From Myxococcota bacterium (GTDB lineage: Bacteria > Myxococcota_A > UBA9042 > PHBI01 > JAWLBL01), in the NCBI GenBank assembly GCA_041687695.1, contig JAWLBL010000003.1, forward strand, positions 23,660 to 87,659: DNA of 64,000 bases, written 5' to 3'. The notes under the pieces are model-generated. The model made no database searches. It saw only the letters and a list, made by a program, of their open reading frames with translations, and was not told the DNA's origin. A program made the position numbers and the translations under genes. Below, in pieces: positions 55,886 to 64,000 of this stretch; positions within the stretch are counted from its first letter, which is position 1; each line of letters starts with the position of its first letter.

Positions 55886-57435
55886 TTGCCGGCGTTGGAG
55901 GCCGCGTCGCCCGCCTGCGCCGTCGGGGCGGCGTCGGGCGCGGAGGGCGCCTTGGGCTTGAACTTGTCGGGGTTGGCCTTGTACTCGGCCCGCCACTCGC
56001 CGAAGTACTTCTCGACGTTCGCGGCGTACTCGTCGCCCGACTCCTCGAGCAGCACCACGATCTGCTGCACCTTGGCGTCCAGCTCGATGGCGTCCAGCTG
56101 ACCGGCGGCGTGCTCGGCCTGCGCCTTGGCGACAAGATCCAGGCCCTGCGACGCGTTGGCGGCGAGGCGGCCCAGCGTCAGCTCCTCGCCCAGGAAGTCG
56201 TTCACCGAGACGTCTTCGGGCTTGCCGACCAGCTTGGCCAGCTCGTCGAGCTGCGGCTTGGCCTCGGCGCCCGCGGTGGCCTTGAGGCAGATGATGCTGA
56301 TGGCCCGCACGATGCGGTTGGGGTCGGCGACGCGCTTGGCGAAGGTGGGCGCCGCGGCCTTGGCGTGCCCGTGCTTGCGGAGATCCAGGCACAGGTCGAG
56401 CGCCGACTTGGCGGGGTCCTCCTCGGCCTGGTCGTAGATCTTGTCGTCGGCGAACGCGGTCAGCACCTCGTCCAGCTTGGCCGGCCCCTCGATCTGCACC
56501 AGGCTGACCGCCGCCAGCCAGCGGTCCTGCGGGTTGCTGCCCTTCATGACGTCGAGCAGCTCGGCCGACAGCGCGGCCGGCTTGGCCTTGACCGCCGGGT
56601 CCTCGCCCATCTCGATGGCCGCGTTGAAGGCCGCGGCGCGGATCTCGCCGTCGAGCTGGTCGTTGCGGTACAGCCGCATCAGGTAGGCGGCGGCCGCCGG
56701 GGTCTTCATGTTGCGCACCAGCTCGACGTGGTGCAGCTGCACGCCGATGCGCTCGTGGGTGAGCTCGAGGCCGCGCAGCAGCAGCTCGAGGGCCTGCGGG
56801 TCGCCGCCCTTGGCCAGGTACTCGGCCATGCGGTCGACGATGAAGCCGTGGCTGACCAGGATGGCCGCGCCCTGCCAGCCGTACTTGCCGAGGTCCGCGA
56901 TCTGGCCCGAGGTGATGCGCTGGCCGATCTTGTCCTGCACCTCGGCCTGCGGCGTCTCCCAGGTGATGTCGCCGAAGGTCCACGCCGCCACGCGCTGCTG
57001 GACCTGGTCCTTCTGCTCGGCCGTCAGGTAACGGTCGAGCATCATCATCAGCGCGTCCTTGGCGTCGTACTGGGCCTCGCTGCGCTTGTCGACGTGGTCG
57101 ACCAGCTCACGGAGCAGGCCCGCGACCACCGCGTCACGCTGGTCGCTCATGTCGTCGAGCATGTTGCGCACGCGCATCGGCTGCCCGCGCTCGACGACGA
57201 CCTCGAGCCCGCGGATGCGCGTCTCGAGCGGCTGCTTCGGGTCGGTGACCACCTCGGTCATCCGCTCGAGGCCGATCTCGTTGTGCGTCCACAGCTGCAG
57301 GTCTTCTTCCGTGACCGGCCCGTTGCACGCGGGCGACAGCGCCGCAGCGGACAGCATCGAGAGGCCCACGACCGCCCGGCCCACGCGGGCCGCGCGAGCG
57401 GGCAGGCGGGTCAGCGGGTTCCAGCGCAGCGACAT
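55882..57435 (-). CDS. HEAT-repeat putative lipoprotein
   Basis: Signal with LSPAC. All-helical repeats (LETRIRGLE, GEIRAAAF, NRIVRAISI). Confidence 0.75.
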   Translation of the reverse strand: MSLRWNPLTRLPARAARVGRAVVGLSMLSAAALSPACNGPVTEEDLQLWTHNEIGLERMTEVVTDPKQPLETRIRGLEVVVERGQPMRVRNMLDDMSDQRDAVVAGLLRELVDHVDKRSEAQYDAKDALMMMLDRYLTAEQKDQVQQRVAAWTFGDITWETPQAEVQDKIGQRITSGQIADLGKYGWQGAAILVSHGFIVDRMAEYLAKGGDPQALELLLRGLELTHERIGVQLHHVELVRNMKTPAAAAYLMRLYRNDQLDGEIRAAAFNAAIEMGEDPAVKAKPAALSAELLDVMKGSNPQDRWLAAVSLVQIEGPAKLDEVLTAFADDKIYDQAEEDPAKSALDLCLDLRKHGHAKAAAPTFAKRVADPNRIVRAISIICLKATAGAEAKPQLDELAKLVGKPEDVSVNDFLGEELTLGRLAANASQGLDLVAKAQAEHAAGQLDAIELDAKVQQIVVLLEESGDEYAANVEKYFGEWRAEYKANPDKFKPKAPSAPDAAPTAQAGDAASNAGK

Positions 57436-57663
57436 CGTCTCTCCTCTTCGGACACCCGCGTCGACGCCTGCGGACGGGGGCCACGGAGGCGGATGATCCG
57501 GCGCGCACTTCGGGGTGTCAAGCGAGCGACGAGGCCCCGGCTACACTTTCGAGCCGTCCAAGTCGTTCCCTTCTCACCACTTTTCAAGCGGGGCCCGCTG
57601 CTCGTATGGTGGGGCCGGCTCGTCGGGACGCCCCCACAACCCCTGCCGAGCCGGGAGCGCAGG

Positions 57664-58266
57664 ATGGCCGTGAGGGAAGGCGACAGCGCGTCGAGCCGCC
57701 AACAGGCGCAGGAGCGCGAGCTGGCCGCGCTCGCCGCGGGCATCGAGGAGCTGAGGACCGCGTTCGAGCGCTACTTCATGGGCCTCGACCGCCTGCCGCC
57801 CCACAAGCAGCGCGAGCAGCTCGAGCGCGCCCTGCGCAACTCGGGCCTGGTGCGCGCCAAGAAGACCGCCCTGCGCTTCCAGTTCCAGAACCTGCAGCAG
57901 CGCATGACCAGCTACTGCGGCTACTGGGATCGCGTGCTGCGCATGATCGAGGAGGGCACCTTCCGCCGCGAGCGCGGCCAGGCGCCGCCCGCGCCGCCCG
58001 CGTCCGCCGCCGGCTCCAAGGCCCCGGCCGCCGAGCCCGCCCCGAGCGGCAAGGGGATGGACACGCTGTTCCAGGAGTGGACCCAGGCCCGCCGCGAGGC
58101 CGGCGTCGACCCGCACGGGTCGGTCACCTACGACCAGTTCCTGGCGCGCATGCAGGTCATGCGGGACCGCCACGTCCAGCAGTTCGGCTGCGCCGACGTC
58201 GAGTACGGCGTGCGCGTCAAGGAGGGCAAGGTCTCGCTCGTGGCGCGGCCCATCGGCAAGCGCTGA
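57664..58266 (+). CDS. Conserved myxobacterial protein (MXAN_5187 C-terminal domain-like)
   Basis: FERYFMG..PP, TALRFQF, YWDRVLR.IEEG and a C-terminal VEYGVRVKEGKVSLVA. Confidence 0.7.
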   Translation: MAVREGDSASSRQQAQERELAALAAGIEELRTAFERYFMGLDRLPPHKQREQLERALRNSGLVRAKKTALRFQFQNLQQRMTSYCGYWDRVLRMIEEGTFRRERGQAPPAPPASAAGSKAPAAEPAPSGKGMDTLFQEWTQARREAGVDPHGSVTYDQFLARMQVMRDRHVQQFGCADVEYGVRVKEGKVSLVARPIGKR

Positions 58267-58275
58267 GGGGCCGGC

Positions 58276-58752
58276 TCAGGGCGAGGCGGCCGCCGTCGGC
58301 GCGGTCGCGAACTCGGGCCAGGTCGCCGGGGCCTCGTCCTCGTCGGGGACGGGCAGCGCGACCTCCTCCTCGCCGGTCAGCCGCCACGCGCCCTCGACGT
58401 AGGTCCAGCTCTGCCGGCGCCGCATGCGCTCGACCACCATGGCGGCGGCGCGGGTGTAGGCGATGTCGACCTCGACGATGGCCCGCTCGTCGCCGACCTC
58501 GATGGGGACCAGCTCGAAGTCCAGGATGTGCACCGACCGGGCGAGGCGCTCCATGGCCTGCACCCAGGCCTGGCGGCGCTCGGGCGGCAGGGCGCGGGCG
58601 GCGATCTCGTAGCGCTGCCAGCGGACGCCGTTGTGGTAGGCGAGCGTCGCGTCCTGCAGCTTCTCGCGCGGCGAGGTGTAGGCGTTGCAGGCGGCGGCCC
58701 CGGCGCCGAGGAGGGCGGCGAGGGCGAGCGGGACGAGCGGCAGGCGGATCAT
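58276..58752 (-). CDS. Hypothetical lipoprotein
   Basis: MIRLPLVPLALAALLGAGAAAC lipobox and YHNGVRW. ATGA-coupled to the flippase. Confidence 0.75.
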   Translation of the reverse strand: MIRLPLVPLALAALLGAGAAACNAYTSPREKLQDATLAYHNGVRWQRYEIAARALPPERRQAWVQAMERLARSVHILDFELVPIEVGDERAIVEVDIAYTRAAAMVVERMRRRQSWTYVEGAWRLTGEEEVALPVPDEDEAPATWPEFATAPTAAASP

Positions 58753-60374
58753 CGGGGGCCTCGGCGACGCAGCACGGTCTGGACGTCCGCGCGGGTGATC
58801 TCGCCGGACAGGGCGAGGACGCCCAGCAGGATGAGGCCGGCGGCGAAGGCGCGCACGAAAATCGCCGGGACGGGGGGCAGGCCGAGGGCCAGCGCGTCGG
58901 GGGCGAGGCGGGCGGCGGCCAGGGCGACCGCGACGGCGGCGGCGACGCGCAGGAGCGAGGCGAGGGGCAGGGTGGCGCCGAAGCGGCGCAGGAGGATGAC
59001 CGCGGCGATGACGAGGCCGGTGGCGACGGCGGTCAGGGTGGAGAGGCCGGCGCCGGCCAGCACCGGGGCGCCGGGGGCGAGCAGGCGGGCGGCGGCGAGC
59101 AGCAGGGCGAGCTGCAGGACCAGGGTGAGGGCGCTGACGGCGAGCGCGTCGCGCGGGTGGCCGCCGGCGGTGAGCAGGGCGGTCGAGACCGACAGGAGGG
59201 CGAAGCAGCCCATGGCGGCGAGCAGCGGGTCGATGGCGACGCTGGCCAGCTGGTAGGCCGGGCCGAACAGGAGCAGGGCGAAGGGGGCGCCGGCGGCGGC
59301 GATGCCGGTCGAGACCAGGGCGACCAGCAGCAGGGCGGTGCGGAAGGCCTGGCGGATGGTGCGGGCGGTGGCGGCGCGGTCGGCGGCCGCGGTGGCGCGC
59401 GAGAGCATGGGGAAGACGACGAAGGTGAGGGCGACGACGCCCTGGTAGGAGACGAGGGCGAGGTTCTTGGTGGCGCGGAACAGGCCGGCCAGGCCCGAGG
59501 TGGTCTCGGTGACGAGCGAGAGCTCGAGGGCCGAGGGGGGCAGGCCGGTGGCGGTCGAGAGCCAGGCGAGGCCGGCCTGGGCGGGCGGGGTGCCGAGCAG
59601 GGCCAGGGTCGGGCCGTGGGTGGCGCCCTTGAGGGCGAGGACGTCGGCCTGCAGCAGGAGGTTGACCAGCAGGCTGGTGCCCATGACGTGGGCGACGAAG
59701 GCGCCGAGGGCGACCGGGGGGCCCGCGCGGGCGGCGCGGCGGGCGGGGCGGGTGAGCAGGCCGGCGGCGACGGCGACGGCGGCGGCGGCGAGGACGAAGC
59801 CGGTGAAGGCGCCGAGGATGTCGAAGCCGGCGAGGACCAGGCCGACGATGAGCGCGACCTTGAGGGTCGAGAACATCATGTCGAGCAGGGCCTGGGCGGC
59901 GAAGCGGCGCGAGCCGTTCAGGAAGCCGACGTGGGCGCCGTACAGGGCGTAGAGGAAGGGGACGCCGGCGGCGACGCGCAGGTAGGGGGCCAGGGTGGGG
60001 TCGTTGAAGGCGAGGGAGGCGATGGGCTCGGCCAGGGCGATGAGCGCGGCCGTGGCGATGGCGCCCATGAGGCCCAGGCGCCACAACCCCTGGCGCAGGG
60101 CCCAGCCGGCGTGGTCCGGGGCCTCGCTGACGCGCTTGGAGACGGCCTGCAGGGCGGCGGTGACCATCATCATGTTGACGACGGTGACGAAGCTGTTGAC
60201 GACGCCGTAGTCGCCGAAGCGGGCGGGGTCGCCGAGCAGGCGCGGCAGGCCGATGTTCAGGAAGGTCCCGCAGACCAGGAACCAGACCTTGGCGCCCGTG
60301 ATGAGCAGGAACCCGCGGCGCGCGAGGGAGGCCTCGGTGGGCGGCGCGGCGGCGGGCGCGGGGGCGGACGTCAT
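58749..60374 (-). CDS. MOP-superfamily polysaccharide flippase (Wzx-like)
   Basis: About 14 TM helices, RLLGDPARFGDYG, GFLNG.RRF, QADVLAL and VVFP motifs. Confidence 0.8.
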   Translation of the reverse strand: MTSAPAPAAAPPTEASLARRGFLLITGAKVWFLVCGTFLNIGLPRLLGDPARFGDYGVVNSFVTVVNMMMVTAALQAVSKRVSEAPDHAGWALRQGLWRLGLMGAIATAALIALAEPIASLAFNDPTLAPYLRVAAGVPFLYALYGAHVGFLNGSRRFAAQALLDMMFSTLKVALIVGLVLAGFDILGAFTGFVLAAAAVAVAAGLLTRPARRAARAGPPVALGAFVAHVMGTSLLVNLLLQADVLALKGATHGPTLALLGTPPAQAGLAWLSTATGLPPSALELSLVTETTSGLAGLFRATKNLALVSYQGVVALTFVVFPMLSRATAAADRAATARTIRQAFRTALLLVALVSTGIAAAGAPFALLLFGPAYQLASVAIDPLLAAMGCFALLSVSTALLTAGGHPRDALAVSALTLVLQLALLLAAARLLAPGAPVLAGAGLSTLTAVATGLVIAAVILLRRFGATLPLASLLRVAAAVAVALAAARLAPDALALGLPPVPAIFVRAFAAGLILLGVLALSGEITRADVQTVLRRRGPR

Positions 60375-60428
60375 CGCGCGTGTGATACCCGGGATCGGGG
60401 CGGGGAGCCAGAAGAGGGTGGGGCATAC

Positions 60429-60592
60429 GCCGTGGCCGAGGCGGTGACTGAGGCCGTGGCTGAGGCGGTGACTGAGGCCGTGGCTGAGGCGGTGGCGGTG
60501 GCCGTGGCGGTGGCCGTGGCCGTGGCCGTGACCGTGGCCGTGACCGTGGCTGAGGCCGAGGCCGAGGCGGTGGCCGTTACCGTGGCGGTGCC
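60429..60592. repeat. Degenerate hexamer tandem array (GCCGTG/GCGGTG/GCTGAG/ACCGTG)
   Basis: About 27 in-register hexamers in the divergent intergenic region. Confidence 0.85.
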
Positions 60593-60595
60593 ACT

Positions 60596-60650
60596 GGACT
60601 GCACGAGCTCGCTCGTGCTCCGGCGTCGCGCAGCTCGCTGCGCGCGGGGT
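60596..60650 (+). repeat. REP-like double hairpin
   Basis: GCACGAGC-TC-GCTCGTGC and CGCGCAGC-TC-GCTGCGCG; inverted match to 18440-18492. Confidence 0.85.
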
Positions 60651-60747
60651 GGGGCGTCCGCTTGGGCCGGGCGAGGTGGGGTGGTATGCTGCCGCGTTCA
60701 CGAGGGCCCGGGCCGCGGATGGCGAACGACGAGGCGGAGCCGAGAGG

Positions 60748-61836
60748 ATGAGCGCGCAGACCGAAGACGATTGGTTCGGCGGCGAAGGCGGCTGGGAGGC
60801 CGAGGCCGGTGAGGCGGCCGCCTCCCAGGCGCCGGCGGGCTCGCCCCGTGGCCTGAAGATCGCGGCCGCGGTGCTGGCCGTGACCTCGATCGCGACGATC
60901 GCCCTGGGGTGGCGGCTGGGCGCGATCGACGCGCTGCTGGGCGGCGGCCAGGTGCAGGCGGCCCCGCGGCTGGCCCCGGCGGCGCCGCGGCCGGTGACGG
61001 TCTCCGAGATCCTGGCGCGGCGCGGGCACGCCCCGGTCGAGCAGCGGCTCGAGGAGCAGCTGGCCGGCCTGTGGACCCTGGAGCCCGTCGCCGCCGACGT
61101 GATCGTGCTGCCCGAGGTCGACGTCGCCGAAGCCGACACGCCGACCGCCGTCATCGCGGCCGAGGCCGACGCGCCGACCGCCGTCATCGCGGCCGAGCCC
61201 GCCGTCGTGGCGCCTGCGGCCCCGGCGCCGCGGCCCGCCCCGCAGGTCGCGGCGGCCCAGGCCCCCGCCGCGCCCGCGACCCGCGCCGTCGCCAAGCCGG
61301 CGCCCGCGGTGACGCCCGCTCCCGCGCGGGCGGCCGTCGCCGATCGGCCCGCCACGCCCGAGCCCAAGCGGGGCCCGGTCATCGCCCCGGGCGCGCCCGC
61401 GCCGGCGGCGCCCCCCAAGCCCGAGGCCGCCGCCAAGGCCGTCGCGCCAGCGCCCGAGGCGCCCGCCAAGCCGGCCGACCCGGGCGCGACCAGCGCCAAG
61501 CTGAAGCAGGCCCAGGCGCGCCTGGGCAGCGGCGACGCCAAGCGCGCGATCAAGGACTTCGAGGAGGTCCTGCGCGCCGAGCCGGGCAACCTGACGGCCC
61601 GCAAGGGGCTGGCGCAGGCGATGAGCCGGATCGGGCGGACCGGCGAGGCGGCGCGGCACCTCGAGGCCTACCTGGCGCGGCGGCCGGGCGACGCCGAGGG
61701 GCTGCTGATGGGCGCGGGGCTGGCCGAGGATCTGGGCAACCGCGGGCAGGCGCGGCGCTACTACGAGCAGTACCTGCAGCGGCACCCGACCGGGCGCTTC
61801 GCGGCGCAGGTGCAGCGCAAGCTCCAGCAGCTCTGA
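60748..61836 (+). CDS. Membrane-anchored Pro/Ala-rich protein with C-terminal TPR domain
   Basis: GAGAGG RBS, TM segment IAAAVLAVTSIATIALG, PA-rich linker and TPR helices ending YLQRHPTGRFA. Confidence 0.75.
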   Translation: MSAQTEDDWFGGEGGWEAEAGEAAASQAPAGSPRGLKIAAAVLAVTSIATIALGWRLGAIDALLGGGQVQAAPRLAPAAPRPVTVSEILARRGHAPVEQRLEEQLAGLWTLEPVAADVIVLPEVDVAEADTPTAVIAAEADAPTAVIAAEPAVVAPAAPAPRPAPQVAAAQAPAAPATRAVAKPAPAVTPAPARAAVADRPATPEPKRGPVIAPGAPAPAAPPKPEAAAKAVAPAPEAPAKPADPGATSAKLKQAQARLGSGDAKRAIKDFEEVLRAEPGNLTARKGLAQAMSRIGRTGEAARHLEAYLARRPGDAEGLLMGAGLAEDLGNRGQARRYYEQYLQRHPTGRFAAQVQRKLQQL

Positions 61837-61848
61837 GGCCCTGAAGGA

Positions 61849-62172
61849 TCAGCGCGCCCCGTCGCGTTCGGCGCGGGTCATGACGACGAACCCGCCGGCT
61901 CGGGGCAGGACGACGGCGTCGTGGCGCCAGGCGACCGCGCGCAGGGCGGCTTCGGCGGTGATGCGCTGGAGGTAGAGGGTCACCTGGCCGCGCACGCCGG
62001 GGGTGACGACGACGCTGGTGCCGGCCTGCTCGGCCAAAAAGAGCAGGACGGTGCGCACGTCGGCGTCGCGGATGGCGAGATCGACCAGCGGGGCGCGGCG
62101 GGCGGCCAGGGCCGTCGAAGCGGTGGCGGCGAGCAGGGCCAGGGCGAGCCCGATGCTGAGAGCGCGGCGCAT
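61849..62172 (-). CDS. Small secreted protein consisting of a stand-alone secretin N0/STN-like domain
   Basis: Signal peptide, then VDLAIRDADVRTVLLFLAEQAGTSVVVTPGVRGQVTLYL (PilQ/GspD N-domain pattern). Confidence 0.7.
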   Translation of the reverse strand: MRRALSIGLALALLAATASTALAARRAPLVDLAIRDADVRTVLLFLAEQAGTSVVVTPGVRGQVTLYLQRITAEAALRAVAWRHDAVVLPRAGGFVVMTRAERDGAR

Positions 62173-62204
62173 GGGGCCACGGTAGCCAGCGCTCGGCTGC
62201 GCGA

Positions 62205-63533
62205 TCAAGCGGCGAAGAAGCGCAGGTACAGGTAGCCCAGGGCGAAGACGGTCAGGAAGACGATGCCGACGCGGCTGAGGGCGAGCAGGCCGCGGCTGGG
62301 GCGCAGGGGGGCGGCGACCTCGGGGCCGGTGACGGCGCGGTGGTTGAGGATGGCCAGGACCGGGGCGGTCAAAAAGGACAGGGTGGTGGCGAGATCGACG
62401 AAGGCCTTCAGCTCGGTCAGCAGCAGGCCCAGGATGGCCAGGGCGCCGGCGCTGACGACGACCAGGGAGATCCAGTAGACCGGGCGCCTGGCGGCGTCGT
62501 CGGGGGCGCCCGGGGACTCCGGGCCGCTCAGGCGCTCGACGAGGGCGGTCAGGGCGCGGGGCCAGCCGTCGAGGACGGTGAGGGTGGTCGAGAGCATGAC
62601 GACCAGGGCGGAGGCGGCGATGAGCGGGCCGCTCCAGGCGCCGAGGGTCTGGGTGTAGAGGCTGACGACCTGGTTGGCGAAGGCGGGGGCGCTGTCGGCC
62701 AGGGTGACGCCGGGGCCGTGCATGACGGCGGCGCCGAGCAGGACGAAGCAGACGGCGAGGAGGGCGGCGCCGAAGTAGCCGATGTCGAAGTCGAGGCGGG
62801 CCTGGCGGACCGTCGGGGCGTGGCCCGAGTCGCGGCGGCGGGCCAGGGTCCACAGGGAGTGCCAGACCGAGATGTCGATGGCCGAGGGCATCCAGCCGAC
62901 CAGGGCGGCGATGAAGAAGACGGTGGCCGGGTTCCAGGCGTCGGGCGGGGGCCACAGGGGCAGGGCGCTCCAGTCGAGGCGCGGCAGGGCCAGGGCGGTG
63001 GCGGCCAGGGTCGAGACGGTCAGGACGACGACGACGACCTTCATGACGCGGTCGAGCCAGCGGTAGTGGCCGATGGCGAGCAGGGCCGCGCAGGCGGCGG
63101 TGATGGCGGCCGAGACGGGGACGAGCAGGTCGGCGCCGAGGCCCAGCAGGTTCAAGGTCAGGGCGGCGGTCACGACGGTGACGGCGGCCTGGACCGAGAG
63201 CATGGTGCCGACGGTGACCAGGGCGTACAGGGCGAGCGCCCAGCGGCCCTGGCGGCGGTAGCCCTCGACCAGGCTGGTGCCGGTGGCGGCGGCGTAGTGC
63301 GGGCCGAAGGCGAAGGCCGGGTACTTGAGGACGTTGGCGACGACGACGAAGGCCAGCAGCCCCAGGCCGTAGGAGGCGCCGGCGCGGGTGGACTGCACGA
63401 GGTGCGAGACGCCGACCGCGGCCCCGGCGAAGAGCAGGCCCGGTCCGAGGGCCTTCCAGAAGGCGTCACGGTCGGCGGGGCGCGAAGAGGCGGGGCGCGA
63501 TGGGGCGGGGCGCGGGTCGATTCTGGGGGGCAT
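62205..63533 (-). CDS. NRAMP-like (APC superfamily) transporter
   Basis: LGPGLLFAGAAVGVSHLVQSTRAGA, TGTSLVEGY and ALVGWMP motifs; about 11 TM helices. Confidence 0.85.
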   Translation of the reverse strand: MPPRIDPRPAPSRPASSRPADRDAFWKALGPGLLFAGAAVGVSHLVQSTRAGASYGLGLLAFVVVANVLKYPAFAFGPHYAAATGTSLVEGYRRQGRWALALYALVTVGTMLSVQAAVTVVTAALTLNLLGLGADLLVPVSAAITAACAALLAIGHYRWLDRVMKVVVVVLTVSTLAATALALPRLDWSALPLWPPPDAWNPATVFFIAALVGWMPSAIDISVWHSLWTLARRRDSGHAPTVRQARLDFDIGYFGAALLAVCFVLLGAAVMHGPGVTLADSAPAFANQVVSLYTQTLGAWSGPLIAASALVVMLSTTLTVLDGWPRALTALVERLSGPESPGAPDDAARRPVYWISLVVVSAGALAILGLLLTELKAFVDLATTLSFLTAPVLAILNHRAVTGPEVAAPLRPSRGLLALSRVGIVFLTVFALGYLYLRFFAA

Positions 63534-63689
63534 GGCGGCCATCGTACGCCGGTCCGCGGGGGCCGCAAGGGCACGCCTGCGGGGCGGCCTAGAGGGGCGG
63601 TCGGCGAGGCGGCGGAACCGCGAAGTGGCGGCGCCGGCGCGCTCGTGCGAGCTTGGGCCGGCCCGACCCTGGCCCGAGAGAGAGACGCG

Positions 63690-64000
63690 ATGTCCAAGCC
63701 CTTCCCCGGCCCCGCGCTCGAAGACGCGCCGCTCGCCGACCGCACCACGCTGGGGGTCGGCGGTCCCGCGCGGTGGCTGGCCGCGGCGCACGGGCCGGCC
63801 GAGCTGACCGCCTGGCTGGCGTGGGCCCGAGCCCAGGGCGTCCCGACCCTGGTGCTGGGCGGCGGCAGCAACCTGCTGGTCTCGGACGCCGGCTTCGACG
63901 GGCTGGTGCTGTCGGTCGAGGACGACGCGCTCGACCTCGAGCGCGTGGGCGACGTAGTGGTCGCGCGCGTCGGCGCCGGGGTGGGCTGGGACGACCTGGT
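63690..64000 (+). CDS. murB: UDP-N-acetylmuramate dehydrogenase, 5' part (runs off the window; absent from the ORF track)
   Basis: My translation: MSKPFPGPALEDAPLADRTTLGVGGPARWL...LGGGSNLLVSDAGFDGLVL...VGAGVGWDDLV. Confidence 0.92.
   Translation, partial: MSKPFPGPALEDAPLADRTTLGVGGPARWLAAAHGPAELTAWLAWARAQGVPTLVLGGGSNLLVSDAGFDGLVLSVEDDALDLERVGDVVVARVGAGVGWDDL

Noticed and set aside
60371..60604. 77-aa ATATAT-repeat ORF
   Set aside because: It is simply the translation of the hexamer array; no RBS or other coding evidence.
58749..61604. 951-aa ORF with an HGHGHG run as a His-rich extension of the flippase
   Set aside because: The extension is antisense to the TPR gene and crosses the hexamer array; a plausible ATG exists at 60374.

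Overview
Very GC-rich bacterial chromosomal segment, most consistent with a Myxococcota (myxobacteria-like) genome. Supporting signs are a MYXO-CTERM-like sorting signal, an FHA-sigma54 activator, Hanks kinases, a myxobacterial-type ferritin-like protein and many lipoproteins. About 50 real CDSs are present; most other ORFs in the track are high-GC shadow ORFs. Layout: (1) 0.4-16.6 kb, a surface-glycan locus with a nucleotidyltransferase, a GT4-PglC fusion, an ATP-grasp enzyme, PglE/PglF-like genes, a UDP-sugar dehydrogenase, an epimerase and a decarboxylase. It is interrupted by a small toxin-antitoxin islet bracketed by a 48-bp duplication of the pglF-like 3' end, and by a large FG-GAP surface protein. 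(2) 16.7-31.7 kb, an AAA-nuclease, a TPR lipoprotein, typA, ffh, a Cys-rich metalloprotease and a dapA-dapB-kinase-FHA/sigma54 operon. (3) 31.8-36.7 kb, an Arn-like aminosugar module with an ArnA-like/ArnB-like fusion. (4) 36.7-42.5 kb, an amidase, Uma2, a GH1 lipoprotein and a kinase. (5) 42.7-53.9 kb, the best candidate for an undescribed system: a divergent cluster without NRPS/PKS genes. It has two GH3-family acyl-adenylating enzymes, two membrane desaturases, a cobalamin-type radical SAM enzyme, a Rieske oxygenase, two GNAT-like proteins and a ferritin-like protein. (6) 54-64 kb, hydrolases, HEAT/TPR proteins, a flippase, an NRAMP-like transporter and the start of murB. Non-coding features include a REP-like palindrome family, a helically phased GAAAGTC array and hexamer arrays. 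No rRNA, tRNA, CRISPR or transposase was seen. All calls come from motif recognition by eye; no database searches were run.
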